Below are positions 1-11,788 of a DNA stretch of 64,000 bases, piece by piece; position 1 is the first letter of the stretch, and each line of letters opens with the position of its first letter. Below the pieces are notes generated by a model. The model was not told the origin of the DNA, made no database searches, and saw only the letters and a list, made by a program, of their open reading frames with translations. The translations under genes and the position numbers were made by a program. This DNA is from Octopus sinensis (taxonomy: Eukaryota): positions 11,780,001-11,844,000 of the forward strand of contig NC_043011.1 of the NCBI RefSeq assembly GCF_006345805.1, written 5' to 3'.

Positions 1-628
1 GGTGAGCACCAACTCTTCTGCAATGTGGTGTAAATCCGGCAGGGTTATATGTATCAGTGCTTCCCACACCATAACCCCACCAGTTAACGTCTCTTGATTT
101 TTCAACCTTGAGGATATCTATCCCCTCTTTACAAGTGTAAATTATAGCTGTTACAAGCCTCTCTACTTCGATCTCCGGTGGTACCTTTCCTATTTTCACC
201 TTCGCTGCTCGTTTCCCACAATAGGTAGGTAGAAGTATCCACCTAGCTGTTCTCAATATCGTAGTAGCGTGGTTTTTGGCTTCCTTCTCACTTTCAAACC
301 GTACTTCTACGGTGGCGAACTTCCTTCCTCTTGTGTAGAAGGTAGTTCTGTCTTTTATTTCTGTTAGACATTCCTCAATGTCGTCTGTTTCAGCCACTTC
401 TATTTTTTTGGTGGCTATATTCCATGTTTAGTATACGATAATTTTTCTGCTCGCTTTTTCTGCATCTTCCTCCGGCGGTGTGATTCGCAGGCAATCTCCC
501 TCCTTCGTGAAAGTTTCAAAATATTTTTCCAAATTTTCCTTCTTAATTAGTATCTCTTTCAACTGCAACATGTCGGCAGAAAAACTTTTGACTGAAGCCT
601 GCGCGTAATTTAGTGTTTGCATACCCAC
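1..628 (-). mobile_element. Decayed non-LTR retrotransposon ORF1 (gag/RRM-like) N-terminal fragment, running off the window start
   Basis: The minus-strand frame starts MQTLNYAQASVK and continues in the same frame past the TAA at 428: TWNIATKKIEVAETDDIEECLTEIKDRTTFYTRGRKFATVEVRFESEKEAKNHATTILRTARWILLPTYCGKRAAKVKIGKVPPEIEVERLVTAI. The pattern resembles LINE ORF1 RRM regions. In-frame stops indicate decay. Confidence 0.55.
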
Positions 629-749
629 AGTGGGTAGCTAGAAAACAATTTTCAAAAATTCAACCACAATAGTACTTTCAACAATAACAATTTTCTGTAC
701 TCACAATATCAGAAAGTCAACTCAGAAAAACCAAAACGCAGGTGACATT

Positions 750-1206
750 CTAGGGTAGCAAGGCCTGCTAGTTGAGATGTTTGCCAAGGCTTCGCAAATA
801 TATATATATATTCAGTGAAATCTATTCACTGATCATCAAAATTAGAAATATTGAATTTCTAAATGTCTCAGAGAGACATGAGCGGTGGTGGAGCGATAGA
901 GTGGTTTTATACTGTCAACATAACGTGACAGTCCCGTAAAGGGAATCACACCACCGCTATTTAGCCCTAGGAAGCATCGACGCTTCCTGTCGGCTTTGAC
1001 ACATTTCCTGTGTCCTTATATTGCGAAGGGGACACAAACACCCTCACTAGCTAGGGCCTGCACCTAGAGACATGCATGTTTCTGAGTCTTGCTCGTCATC
1101 AGTCTAGGGTAGCAAGGCCTGCTAGTTGAGATGTTTGCCAAGGCTTCGCATATATATATATTTTCAGTGAAATCTATTCACTGATCACCAAAGTTAGCAA
1201 TATTGA

Positions 1207-1208
<2 letters not shown>
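750..1208 (-). repeat. Short element with ~105-bp direct repeats (750-858 and 1103-1208) enclosing a hammerhead motif and a hairpin-rich segment
   Basis: tctagggtagcaaggcctgctagttgagatgtttgccaaggcttcgca-(TA)n-ttcagtgaaatctattcactgatca..aatattgaatt occurs twice in the same orientation. Confidence 0.8.
1063..1108 (-). ncRNA. Type I hammerhead ribozyme motif, canonical core
   Basis: Minus strand reads CCUAGA CUGAUGA C GAG-CAAGA-CUC A GAAA CAUGCAUG UC UCUAGG: 6-bp stem I, intact CUGAUGA and GAAA core, palindromic stem III ACAUGCAUGU, GUC cleavage triplet. Confidence 0.85.
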
Positions 1209-1266
<58 letters not shown>

Positions 1267-1267
<1 letters not shown>

Positions 1268-1554
1268 GCGCAATGGTCCAGTGGTTAAGGCAGTGGATGG
1301 CGGTTTCGATTCCCAGATCAGGAGATGTGAGTGTTTATTGAGCAAAAACACCTACAGCTCCACGAGGCTTCGACAGGGAGGGTGGCGATCCCTACTGTAC
1401 TCTTTCGCCACAACTTTCTCTCACTCTTTCTTCTGTAGGCCTGCTCGCTTAGCCTGCGGGATGGCGTCATTTTGAAGACTAAAACAGTGCGAAGCGCATT
1501 GTGACCAGCGATTTGTAGCAACATCTGCTGGCCTGGTCGGTCACGGTGACGGTG

Positions 1555-1555
<1 letters not shown>
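1267..1555 (+). mobile_element. tRNA-derived SINE (family with GGCGCAATGG head)
   Basis: A-box-like TGGTCCAGTGG and B-box-like GGTTTCGATTC; homologous copy at ~51955-52212 on the minus strand. Confidence 0.75.
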
Positions 1556-1592
<37 letters not shown>

Positions 1593-1961
1593 ATAATATA
1601 TATATATATATATATATGTCTATATATATCTAATATATAATATATATAATATATATATATTATATATATATATATATAATATATATATATATATAATATA
1701 TATATATATAATATATATATATATATACATAGACACACACACACACACCACACACACACACACACACATTTATTGATGTTTGTTTTTAAGTTATGACAAA
1801 AGCAGTTTGCATTTAATTGAATGATTATCTAATACATTTCTAGAGAGCAAATTTATTATTCTTTAACAAGAATAGTGTTGACAGAAATTACGGACTTTCG
1901 GCCAGCTAAGCCATGATGACTTGGCTGGCCGAAACTTCAGAGTCACTGTCAATACTATTGA

Positions 1962-2127
1962 GGCACAGGAGTGGCTGTGTGGTAAGAAGCTTACTTCCCA
2001 ACCACGTGGTTCCGGGTTCAGTCTCACTGCGTGGGACCTTTGGCAAGTGTCTTCTACTATAGAAGGCACTTGCCAAAGCCGACCAAAGTGGATGTGGTAG
2101 GCGGGAAAACTGAAGAATCCCGTCGCA
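1962..2127 (+). mobile_element. Bipartite tRNA-derived SINE, head module only
   Basis: ggagtggctgtgtggtaag...ggttccgggttcagtc head shared with about a dozen copies in the window. Confidence 0.75.
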
Positions 2128-2209
2128 TATATATATATATACATACATACTATATATATATATATATAATATATATATATATAATATATATATAATATAT
2201 ATATATATG

Positions 2210-2905
2210 TACCATTTAAGGCGTATTCAAAATATTACGTTATATAATTAGGGCTTGCCTTAAATGGTCTTTTACATACTGAACACTACTTGGTGAAATT
2301 AATTAATAACTAATTGATTTTACCCTTAATTATTGATAATATAATTCCTTTCTCCCTGCTCTTTTACTGCAGTTCTCACCGTTATAGTATGTTTACTAGA
2401 TAACTCACGTGGGTGGAAGCGGGAAGAACATGAATCTTCACTTGTACTTTTTGAATTTGCTAGTACTGGCAGTTTGAAGATGTTTGTCTGAGGTGATTCA
2501 TTATCGGACAGGTATGTTCATTTTTTTAGTGCTTTCAAATCCAAAGTAAGAAATGTTGAGCTGACGAAAGAAATGCTGAGTTTTATTTCAGCTGATCTAG
2601 AACGTGAGCGTTCTCAAATAATCTTTGTACATGTGATATTTTACTGTTTTCCCTCCATATCTTCGTGAGTTATTTTTGAGTAAACACTATCTGGGAGACT
2701 TTTTCTTAAAGTAGTGGAAATAACTAAAAAACTTTTTGGCTGCTATTTCTAATAATTTCAGTATGTGGCAAAGTAATTTATTTTACTAAGCCCTAATTAT
2801 ATAACGGAATATTTCGAATACGCCTTAAATGGTCCTTTTACATACTGAACACTACTTGGTGAAATTAATTAATAACTAATTGATTTTACCCTTAATTATT
2901 GATTA
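2210..2905 (+). mobile_element. Penelope pLTR-like element with tandem 3' repeat and short 5' inversion
   Basis: Direct repeat gccttaaatggtc..tactgaacactacttggtgaaattaattaataactaattgattttacccttaattattgat at ~2257 and ~2822. The segment 2210-2256 is the reverse complement of ~2788-2835. A related copy lies at ~24610-24840, and a degenerate hammerhead at 2556-2617. Confidence 0.55.
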
Positions 2906-3049
2906 TATATATATATATTAATATATATATATATATAATATATATATATATAATTTTAATCCAAACGGGAAACAAAAAAACAACAACATGGAACAATTAC
3001 AGTATTATTATTAATAGGCGCTCAGGAAAAGGAATATATATATACATAT

Positions 3050-3432
3050 ATACTTTTTTACTTGTTTCAGTCATTTGACTGCGGCCATGCTGGAGCACCG
3101 CCTTTAGTCGAACAAATCGACTTCTTCTTTGTAAGACTAGTACTTATTCTATTGGTCCCTTTTGCTGAAACGCTAAGTTACGGGGACGTAAACACACCAG
3201 CATCGGTTGTCATGTGATGTTGGGGGGACAAACACAGACACACAAACACACATATATATATACATATATACGACGGGCTTCTTTCAGTTTCCGTCTACCA
3301 AATCTACTCACAAGGTTTTGGTTGGCCCGAGGCTATAGTAGAAGACACTTGCCCAAGGTGCCACGCAGTGAGACTGCACCCGGAACCATGTGGTTGTTAA
3401 GCAAGTTAGTTACCACACAGCCACTCCTGCGC
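3050..3432 (-). mobile_element. Bipartite tRNA-derived SINE (head + central (TA)n + 3' module)
   Basis: Reverse complement of the head module, plus the gcggtgctccagcatggccgcagtcaaatgactgaaacaag tail module. Confidence 0.85.
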
Positions 3433-3899
3433 CTATATACATACATACATATATACATATATAAGCGTATGTGTGTGTATACTAAAGGTGGTCCTCCATC
3501 TTGGCCGCAGTCAAAAGAATAAAAGGATATATATACGATAAATGAAAAAATGTATTATAAATAAACAACGGACATAAAAAAACCCATGCGTATACTGAGG
3601 GAATATTTGGGACCCTCTGTGTCTGTCACCCTTCAGGTTGTACCCTCACTATATGTATATGCTTTTTTATCTGTCGTTGTTTATTCACAATGCATTTTTT
3701 TCATTTATCGCATGTATATATATATATATATATATATATACATACATGATAAAAGTGTTCAATTATCATGTGTATATATCATGTGCGTATATATATATAT
3801 ATATAATATATATATATATTATATATAATATATATATATATATATGTATGTATAGATATAAAACTTAGATAAAACTTAGATATGTTTCGACCAAAGATT

Positions 3900-4710
3900 G
3901 ATCCAGGCCATGTCTAACTTAATAGCACCACCTGATAGGATTATTCGAATCCTGTTTAAGTCAAGTTTTGTTCAAGTAGTGAGTTCTTGTTGGGTGAGTT
4001 GTATCCAGTTTTGTTCAAGTAGTGAGTTCTTGTTGGGTGAGTTGTATCCAATTATGGCTGGCTTATCTGGTATTCTTTGAAGGAATCTATCCAGACTCTG
4101 TTTAAAGTTGATGGGATCCTTTTCCTCTTTGATCTCCCTCGGGACAATGTTAAATAGAGCAGGGCCTGTTGAGGAAAGGAAATTATGTTGCAGTGTACAT
4201 GTATGCTGTGATCTTGAATTGGGCAGGGGACGTATAGCCCGTGGTCCAAGACTTGGATGAACCTTGAAGCTAATGTTTAGGTCGTTTGGGCAAAGTTGGC
4301 GGTATATTTTCCACATCGTACAAATGATGTACCGCTCACGGCGACGCTGGAGGGAGTAAAGTTTCAAGGCTTTAAGGCGATCCCAATAATCGAGAGCAGC
4401 CATGCCTTCAATTCGTTTAGTGAGTGCCCTCTGGGGTGACTCAATTCTGGAGATGTTTTGTCTTGTGTGAGGAGACCACAGTGGGCAGCAGAATTCAAGG
4501 TGTGGCCGTACAAAGGAGGAAAAAAGTGGTATGATGACACCTTGTTCGCTGGACCGGAAAGTTCTTAAGATCCAGGAACTCATCCTACGAGCTATATCGA
4601 CATTCTTGTTGATGTGTGCACTCCAACTGAGATCGTCATCAACAATTACACCCAGGTCTCTGATATTGTTAGAGGCTGTGAGCGGTTCTTATTTTGTTGA
4701 ATTTCTGCTG
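3900..4710 (-). mobile_element. 5'-truncated CR1/L2-group LINE, RT C-terminal region
   Basis: DLGVIVDDDLSWSAHI...LFSSFVRPHLEFCCPLWSPHTRQNISRIESPQRALTKRI...LDYWDRLKALKLYSLQRRRER are typical post-RT motifs of the CR1 group. There is a 42-bp tandem duplication near the 3' end (~3965-4050). Confidence 0.85.
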
Positions 4711-5344
4711 ATTTTAAATAAAGCATATTACTCTACCCCTGGTATTTAAGTACTCTTTTTTTCTACCTTGTTTCACATTTATGTGTTTACTACGGTACAT
4801 ATATATATCCTCCCCTTCTCTCCCCCCTCTTCTCCCCCCTCTTCTCCTCACTACACCACACGACTTTACACATCACATCATATATGATGTGCCATACTAA
4901 CACATACACCAACTAATACATACTAATACGTACTAATACATACTAATACATACTAATACATACACAAACCCTATACATACACACGTCCAGACCCCTCATA
5001 CGCACTTATACTCTCTCATACACACACACACATACTTATACATACTAATACGTACTAATACATACTAATACATACACCAACCCCATACATACGCACGCCC
5101 AGACCTATCCTACGCACTAATACTCTCTCATACACACACACACACACACACACACACCCTTATACATACTAATACATACTAATACATACACCAACCCTAT
5201 ACATACACACGTCCAGACCCCTTCTACGCACTAATAGCTGGTCATTCAACCCTATTATCAACCCTATTATCGCCATGTTGATTCGTTAGTTACTGCACGC
5301 ATTTTTTTCTCTCCTTCTTTCTGTGTTTTTTTTCTCTCTGTGTA

Positions 5345-5382
5345 TCTTTCTGTTGAAGAGCGTAGGCTCGAAACGTTAAAGA
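5345..5382 (+). ncRNA. Minimal hammerhead-like motif with variant core (CUGUUGA) in a pLTR-like repeat
   Basis: UCUUU CUGUUGA A GAGC-GUAG-GCUC GAAAC GUU AAAGA: 5-bp stem I, 4-bp stem II, palindromic ACGU stem III. Confidence 0.6.
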
Positions 5383-5479
5383 CTTGTTTTATTTATATTT
5401 CCTGAGCGCCATACTAATACAATTGTTTGTTTGTTTTCCACCTGCCTTCGTCTTTTGTCTATTTTCATAAAGCTTCCCG

Positions 5480-5512
<33 letters not shown>

Positions 5513-5702
5513 TGATAAATGTAATTTAATTTGAAAACTCCACCAGAATGGACGAAAGCGTTAATATATATGATATGAGATATAAGTTATATGTATAAAA
5601 ACATGTAATATACAAATAAATATCTTTAAATATAAAACCATCCGAATTTCTGAGTACCTCATTTCTTCTAATACCTGTACATCATCTCCAAACATTCTAA
5701 TA

Positions 5703-5743
<41 letters not shown>

Positions 5744-6616
5744 GTGTGTATGTATATTTCGATTTAGTATTTGGTTTACAAGATTCTTTATGTGAGTTCG
5801 TGTGTTGAAGCATATTCTGTTGTGTCTGGGGGTGGGGGGAGTCATTTTCTTTTTGTGCCTTAGAATTTAACACTCACCGGTAAAATTTCCACTTATTTCT
5901 TATTTTTATTTTCCTAAAATTTTCGTTGTGTCTTGCAACCTTTTCAATAGTCTTGACTCTCCGTTATTTACACTGCGTTCCCTTTTGTTTGTTGGTGCGC
6001 ATGTGTGTGTGCCTATGCATGCATGTATGTATGCATGTATGTATTTATGTATGTATTTGTGTGTATGTATGTATGTGTGTATGTATGCATGCATGTGTGT
6101 GTATGTATATATGTGTGTGTATGCATATGTATATATGTATGATTGTGTTTGCCCCTCCATATGTGTGGATACCTGCCTCCATATGTGTCCTTATGTGAAG
6201 TAAAATGTGTTTGTGTATATATGGTCATGTGTTTCAGTCTCCATTTGCGTATGTGTACACATCCATACATACAAACACGGTACATAGTTACAAAGCGCGC
6301 ACATACACACACTCAGACATGCACACACAGGAGACAAAGGTGTATACATATATAAACACACGCACACACACATACATTAAAAACACACAAACGCGGACAC
6401 GCAAGCACATGAATATGCAGAATACATACATACAGATGCACACACACACATACATTTATACACATGCATACAAACACACACATGTATATATATATATACA
6501 CACACACACACATGCATACATACATACATACATACATACATACATACATACATACATACATACATACATACATACATACATGCATTCCCATGGTCATTCA
6601 TGTCCGAAGGGGGTCA

Positions 6617-6680
<64 letters not shown>

Positions 6681-7519
6681 TATATATATATATTGGCCTG
6701 CTCGCTTAGCCAGCGGGGTGGCGTCATTTGAAGGCTGCTCCGGCATCTCGTCAGTTATCAAGGCAATCATAAAATGCTATGAAAATGGCCGTCAAACAAA
6801 GGGAAATTTCTACGTGATTGATCGTTACTAAGACAAAAGAGCGATTAGAATGAGCGTTAAATAAGTGGGAAAAACCGAAGGGAGAAAGTAAAAAAGCAAA
6901 AAGTAAAAATGCTCATAGAAATCGCGTATGCGCGCATGTACATACACACACACACACACGCACGCACACCCACGTACATGTGCCTATATGCATATGCTCC
7001 CTCACACCCGTGGGAAACACATACATGCACACCCACACATATGCCTATATATGAACATATATATGCAACCATACATGTAGACATATACATATCCGCACAC
7101 ACGCGTGCGCCACACACACACGTGCACATACCCATATGCGCACAATTATATTCAAATACACGTCTAAATACGCACATGCTATATATGCATATGCTCACTC
7201 ACACTCGCGTGAGACACATGCATGTACACCCACATATATATGCAATCATTCACATGTATATATACATGTACATATATACATACCCGCAAGCACGCACACA
7301 CACACACACGTATATATACCCATACGCGCACAAAAATGTTCATTTACACGTCTATATACACACATTCCCAAGAAAAATGCAGGGTGAAAAGTAAAATACA
7401 AATATGTAAATAATATGTAAAAAAAATATATATATAAAAAATATAAAAATATAGAGAGATAAAATGCTTGTACGTGGACACAATATAGAAAGAAGGTTCC
7501 ATCTGTGATCTTGGTGGGG

Positions 7520-7880
7520 ACCAAAAACGTAACAAATATTTAGCCATATGTGGACATGATCCAAAAAGTTCGGTTCTTGAATTTAGACATGTAGCAGGGT
7601 GTAAGCTGCTTTTCCAGATGAGCCATCTTTCCATATCACAAAGACCGCACTTTCCACTGCCGTTAGCGTAAGGCTTACACTTTGCTAAGGTCTTCCAATG
7701 GATATTTCAAATGATACCTTTATATTTTAAGGACCATATATGACTGGATAATTTGGTCGTTTTTCTTGTATCCCAGTGCCTGAAGCTCAAGGTGTGATTG
7801 TTGAACCTGGCCTTAAAATTCCCCGCTGTGGAACCCACATATTTATATGACGAAACTGTATTTTTAGTGGTTGAACTCAA
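7520..7880 (-). mobile_element. Penelope-like element GIY-YIG endonuclease fragment
   Basis: YVGSTAGNFKARFNNHTLSFRH...TTKLSSHIWSLK, and after a frameshift CLNSRTELFGSCPHMAKYLL. These match the Penelope GIY-YIG C-terminus. The apparent ORF start (MVKKLTL) derives from an adjacent SINE head. Confidence 0.85.
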
Positions 7881-8338
7881 AACCACGTGTTGCAAAGTGA
7901 GCTTCTTAACCACACAGCCATGTCTGCAGCTATGTATATAGCATTTAATTATTTACGGTATCTCAGCTAATTAGTATCCTCTTCAATAGGTAATTTAAGG
8001 CAATACGATAGAAAATATTACGGTGATGTACTTGCATAGCAGGTGACATGATCTGAGACTGTGTGCTGAAACAAAATCAAATGCAACGTGGAAGGTGTAA
8101 ATTTAATTTGTCAAAATATTTTCGTCGCTTTGAAACCGCGACCTGTTAAATGACAAAATTGTGTGCTTGAAGTAAATCTAACGGTTTTTGTGTATTTTTA
8201 AATGGCTTATAAACACTTTCCACGCTGCGAGAGAACATAGTTAAAAGGAAAGAGAAAGATATATATATATACCGGAGTAAACACATAAATGTGAAACAAG
8301 GTGGAAAAAAGAGTACTCAAATACCAGAGGTAGAGTAA

Positions 8339-8440
8339 TATGCTTTATTTAAAAGCAGCAGAAATTTAACAAAAGCTGTTACTCGTGAAACTTCAAGTAA
8401 CAGGTTTTGTTAAATTTCTGCTGCTTTTAAATAAAGTATA
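8339..8440. repeat. Fold-back hairpin, ~45-bp arms, 12-nt loop
   Basis: tatgctttatttaaaagcagcagaaatttaacaaaagctgttact pairs with agtaacaggttttgttaaatttctgctgcttttaaataaagtata. Confidence 0.9.
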
Positions 8441-8459
8441 TATATATATATATATATAT

Positions 8460-8539
<80 letters not shown>

Positions 8540-9105
8540 CAAGAGAGAGAGAGAAAGAGAGAGAGATGGATATATATATATATATATATATCTCTTATTA
8601 TAAAAGGCAGATTTTATCTGCCTCCCTTTGGGAGTTATACAAATCTACAATATAGGATTTCTTCAATTACAATTTACCTTGCATTTTTAAGAGTACAATG
8701 CATCGCGTCATGCCAGGTCCAGTTTTAAAAATTTAAACTCCAATTAAGCAAAATTTACAGAAAACTCACATTCTGGTGTGTGTGTCAAATGCTTTTCTTA
8801 GTCTGGTTTACAGCACACGCAAACGCACACACACAGTGGGCAACGAATAAAATGAAAGTAATTGACTTACTGTAGTGAGTGATTCTTTCACTCTGCCTCC
8901 CACTTCCTCTTTCAACACATAGACACGCAAATATATAAATAAAATTGTAAGCTAACGTGCGTGTGTGTGAGTGGGTGTGTGTGGGTGTGCGCGTGTGTGT
9001 GTGTGTGAGGGTGCGTGTGTGTGTGTGTGTGTGTGTGCGTGTGCGTGAGTGCGTGACAGGAAAGTTTTTTACGACGAATATAACACCTATATCCAAGTAG
9101 CAGAA

Positions 9106-9478
9106 AGATAAGACAGTAAGGTGTGATTTGAGGGAGATTTGGCTGCTATTTCTACCATGTCTAGCTGCCATGTAGGGGTCTCCCTCATAGGCTCATACAT
9201 ACATATATACATAGATAAGACAGTAAGGTGTGATTTGGGGGAAATTTGGCTGCTATTTCTACCAGGTCTAGCTGCCATGTAGGGGTCTCCCTCATAGGCT
9301 CATACATACATATATACATAGATAAGACAGTAAGGTGTGATTTGGGGAAATTTGGCTGCTATTTCTACCAGGTCTAGCTACCATGTAGAGGTCCCCCTCA
9401 TTGGCTCATATATATATACATACATAAGACAGTAAGGTGTGATTTGAGGGAGATTTGGCTGCTGTTTCTACCAGGTCT
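9106..9478 (+). repeat. ~107-bp tandem repeat, about 3.5 units
   Basis: Units begin agataagacagtaaggtgtgatttg at 9106, 9213, 9320 and ~9422. Confidence 0.9.
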
Positions 9479-9855
9479 GTTAGGCCTTCTCGTGTAAACT
9501 CAAGCTTTCTCATGCCTTGAACATAAGACCAAAGCAGAGAATGTATTCTTTTATTCTTCTGCTTTTTCCAGCCATTGGTCTGTGGCCATGCTGGGGCAAT
9601 GCCTTGAAGAATTGTAGTTTAATGAATCAACTCGTTTTATTTTTGTAAGCATTGTACTTATTCTATCTGTTTCCTTTGTCAAACCACTAGGTGGCAGGGA
9701 TGTAAACAAACCAACATTCGTTGTCAAGCAGTGGTGGAGGACAATCACAAGCACAGACACGCACACACACACACATACATGCATACACATATACACATAT
9801 ACATACATACATACATATATATATATATGTGTGTGTATATATATATTGCAGGGTG

Positions 9856-10093
9856 GAAGGTGTTTGTAAGCCATTTAAGAAACACAGAAAAACCGTTACA
9901 TTCACTTCAACATTTAAATTTAATTTGCCAAAATATTTTCGTCGCTTTGAGACCGCGACCTGTTCACTGACAAAAATATCGTGCTAACAGGTCGCGGTCT
10001 CAAAGCGATGAAAATATTTTGACAAATTAAATTAAATGTTGAAGTGAATCTAACGGTTTTTGTGTGTTTCTTAAATGGCTTATAAACACCTTC
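9856..10093. repeat. Fold-back inverted repeat, ~108-bp arms, 21-nt spacer
   Basis: 9856-9964 is the near reverse complement of 9986-10093. A related rearranged copy lies at ~8085-8228. Confidence 0.9.
9924..9974 (-). ncRNA. Type I hammerhead motif with G3-C8 compensatory core variant
   Basis: UUUGUCA GUGAACA G GUCGC-GGUCUCAAA-GCGAC GAAA AUAU UU UGGCAAA: 7-bp stem I (one G-U), 5-bp stem II, palindromic AAUAUU stem III. Confidence 0.65.
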
Positions 10094-10389
10094 AACGCTG
10101 CAACTGTTTTCGTTCCAGCACACGATCTCAGATCAAGTCACTTGCTATGCAAGTACATCTCTGTAACTATATATATATTTATATATATATATATATGTAT
10201 ATTGGTAAAAACAGTAAGATAACAAAAGAAAGAAAGAGACCTCAATATTATGTAAATAGAGGAAATCTTTATATATAAAAGTGAGGTTGTGTGTCTGTCT
10301 CCTACGATTTAGATTCCTAACTACTCCCACATTTTGCGGTGCAGTTTAACCAAAACCGGGTATCTTATAGTCGTGATTCATATCGAGAC

Positions 10390-10660
10390 CGTCTGGGTAT
10401 TAGCGCGCGTCTACGATGAGTCTACGATTTAAAAAAAAATTTACCATCAATTTTTCCCATTTTTAATCCATTTTTGACATATATAAGGGAAGTAACTCTC
10501 TAAAATTTATTATTAAATCTCAGAACGTAAAAAGCTACAGTAACACCCCTCCCCCTTTGTGGTTAGCCATATTGAGATGGCTATTATACTTTACATCTCT
10601 AAAAATGCTTATATAATTATTTCCCTTACAAACCCGAGCAACGCCGGGCGATACAGCTAG
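10390..10660 (-). mobile_element. Helitron-like non-autonomous repeat inserted in (TA)n
   Basis: The minus-strand end ctagctgtatcgcccggcgttgctcgggtttg shares the cccggcgttgc terminal hairpin motif with the 11415 and 28735 elements. No TIR or TSD seen. Confidence 0.4.
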
Positions 10661-10679
10661 TATATATATATATATATAC

Positions 10680-10753
<74 letters not shown>

Positions 10754-10767
10754 CAAGAGAGAGAGAT

Positions 10768-10825
<58 letters not shown>

Positions 10826-11414
10826 CGAGAAAGAGAGAGAGAGAGAGAGAGCGAGAAAGAGAGAGAGAGAGAGAGAACGAAGGAAAGGGGAAAAGATCAA
10901 TTAAGTAAAATTAAGAAATTGAAGAGAAAGCAAGAAATAGATGTAAAAGGAGAATAACAGAAATGAAGATGAAGAAAGTAAGAGAAAGAGAGATAGTATG
11001 TAATTAAGATTATAATATCAGATGTCAAACGTTGAGAATAACAAACAGGATGTGAGGGTGATGCTAGTTGTAACTATGACCCCTTACATGGTTACCAGCC
11101 TGGACTATTTACTTTGTAGGAGTAAGCAAGAACCTTGAAACTTAACATGAATAAAAACGATGGATACGATTGTGATTTCCTAGAGGTGGTGGTGGTGGTG
11201 GTGGTGGTAGTGGTAGTGTGGTACTGTGTTTGTTAGTAGTAGTGGTGGTACTATGCGTTGTTGATGCTGTTTGATTGCTTGTTTATTTATATTGTTGTTA
11301 ATGGTGATAGGAGAGTTTAAAATCATAATTTTGTTGTATACAGAGCTCAGGTGCACTACAAAAAAGATATTAGTTGAGGATAAGTAGCCTGGTATGAGAA
11401 GTATTAACTACTGT

Positions 11415-11788
11415 GAAAATCTCTCTCTATATAAACGGCAAAATGTCTGTGTGCGTGTCCTTTATACAAATCCACAATTTTTCAGTTAGAGGGCTCGCAC
11501 TTTCTATGGTCACTCAAAACCATCAAAGGGTGGTCGTGCACATCTTTACATTTCCCCAGTCATCCCGCAAAGCCATTAAAAAATCAATAGAAGTGACTTT
11601 TTTTGTGAATTTTCTGTCCAAAACCCAATCAAAATGCCCAAAACTTGATACGCCAATTGAATGCCAGCTAGCTGTATGTGATTGGTCGGAGATTTGGACA
11701 GTACTCGCGTGTATGTGCGCACGCACGCAGCTGTATATGCATGCACTAGCACTATGACCTGGCGTTGCCGGGTCATAGTGCTAGTGTA
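11415..11788 (-). mobile_element. Helitron-like non-autonomous repeat (copy 1)
   Basis: Terminal 14-bp hairpin ctagcactatgacc/ggtcatagtgctag at ~11745-11785. It is the reverse complement of the copy at ~28735-29100. Confidence 0.5.

Noticed and set aside
860-1060. Resemblance of the hairpin-rich segment to pistol, twister or HDV-like ribozymes (AGGGCUAAAUAG...CCCU)
   Set aside because: I could not thread the required pseudoknot topology by eye. It is reported only as a structured region; an Infernal search would be needed.
2556-2617. Hammerhead-like motif (UUGAG CUGACGA...GAAC G UGAG CGUU CUCAA)
   Set aside because: One A is missing from GAAA and stem II closure is poor; treated as a decayed copy, not a functional ribozyme.
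5900-7400. Many overlapping 70-200 aa ORFs rich in H/T/Y/I or C/V/M
   Set aside because: Stop-free frames of degenerate (CA)n/(CATA)n/(TA)n repeats. The same applies at ~15540-16000, 25890-26560, 48830-49380 and 50140-50640.
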